From: Bacteroidales bacterium
GTDB taxonomy: Bacteria > Bacteroidota > Bacteroidia > Bacteroidales > P3
Direction: 5' to 3'
DNA: 57,127 bases
Assembly (NCBI GenBank): GCA_017958525.1
Contig: JAGDCN010000107.1
Coordinates: 1 to 57,127 of the forward strand
This document shows positions 56,795-57,127 of the stretch, piece after piece; position 1 is the stretch's first letter; every line of letters starts with the position of its first letter. The translations under genes were made by a program, and so were the position numbers. The notes beneath the pieces are model-generated. The model searched no databases and was not told where the DNA came from. It saw only the letters and a program-made list of their open reading frames with translations.

Positions 56795-57000
56795 AAGATG
56801 GTGTGGAGAATCAGCAAGTTAGAAATGAGCCAAAAAGGGGCTTTTGCGAGATTTTGAAAATATTTTTTCAAATCGTCACAAAAGATTGGTTGTCAAATAA
56901 TAAGGAGCAAAAAAGTGTTAAAAACAAAAGAAAACCCGATATGTCGTGAAAACGGATTTTTACGGACAATCAAGTCAAAATTTTAACATTTCTGATTTAA

Positions 57001-57114
57001 CCTGGTTATCTTTTCCAAGAGGGAATCGGGTTATAGTTATCCAAGAGGGACCGGGTTATATTTATCCAAGAGGGACCGGGTTATCTTTTTCTATGAGAAT
57101 CGGGGCCTGCTTTT
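57001..57114 (+). repeat. Array of 25-26-bp tandem repeats (CCAAGAGGGA[A]YCGGGTTATnnTTAT), three good units with degenerate flanks
   Basis: Units at 57015-57040, 57041-65 and 57066-90, with partial units on both sides. Unit lengths are not multiples of 3. Each junction contains TTATCCAAG or TTTTCCAAG. Confidence 0.85.
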
Positions 57115-57127
57115 AAAACATATTCTC

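Noticed and set aside
57001-57114. CRISPR array at the window edge
   Set aside because: The repeats are directly abutting with no spacers, are only 25-26 bp long, are degenerate at the flanks, and have no cas genes nearby.

Overview
The window is a 57.1-kb chromosomal segment that looks like a Bacteroidales genome, probably Prevotellaceae-like. I infer this from mid-40s %GC coding regions, AT-rich intergenic DNA, TAnnTTTG -7 promoter boxes in front of many genes, and typical Bacteroidetes DUF genes. All product calls come from motifs I recognised by eye in the supplied translations; no searches were run.

About 50 CDS are tightly packed and mostly housekeeping:
- Nucleotide and DNA metabolism: nrdD-nrdG, pyrE, purC, dprA, mutL, parA-parB.
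- Energy and ion transport: atpD-atpC, a divergent membrane pyrophosphatase, a ClC channel, NhaD, yfcC.
- Translation and membrane biogenesis: yidC, rsmD, ychF, der, an Hsp15-like S4 protein.
- Others: rhomboid protease, rarD, M28 peptidase, a deoxyhypusine-synthase-like gene.

I corrected several N-terminal over-extensions in the ORF track to internal ATGs (7769, 21210, 26460, 50739, 55358, 7499, 51895, 52804).

The items most worth a second look are:
1. A well-supported cobalamin riboswitch (minus strand, 842-1008). It drives a truncated gene absent from the ORF track (1-681) that encodes a signal-peptide tandem-repeat protein, possibly corrinoid-binding.
2. An uncharacterised three-gene envelope operon (46177-49336): lipoprotein, ATGA-coupled beta-barrel, and a small Cys-rich lipoprotein.
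3. A fusion of an AmgK-type sugar kinase domain with a RapZ C-terminal domain (36348-37757). It lies at the end of a PorW/SprE-like TPR lipoprotein, bactofilin and AtpZ-like gene string.
4. A candidate small RNA with its own -7 box and two intrinsic terminators (17119-17298).
5. An IS30-family transposase remnant followed by helically phased hexamer arrays (19368-19735).
6. Non-coding 25-26-bp tandem repeats with a TTATCCAAG (DnaA-box-like) core at the right edge of the window (57001-57114).

I saw no rRNA, tRNA, CRISPR array or intact mobile element.
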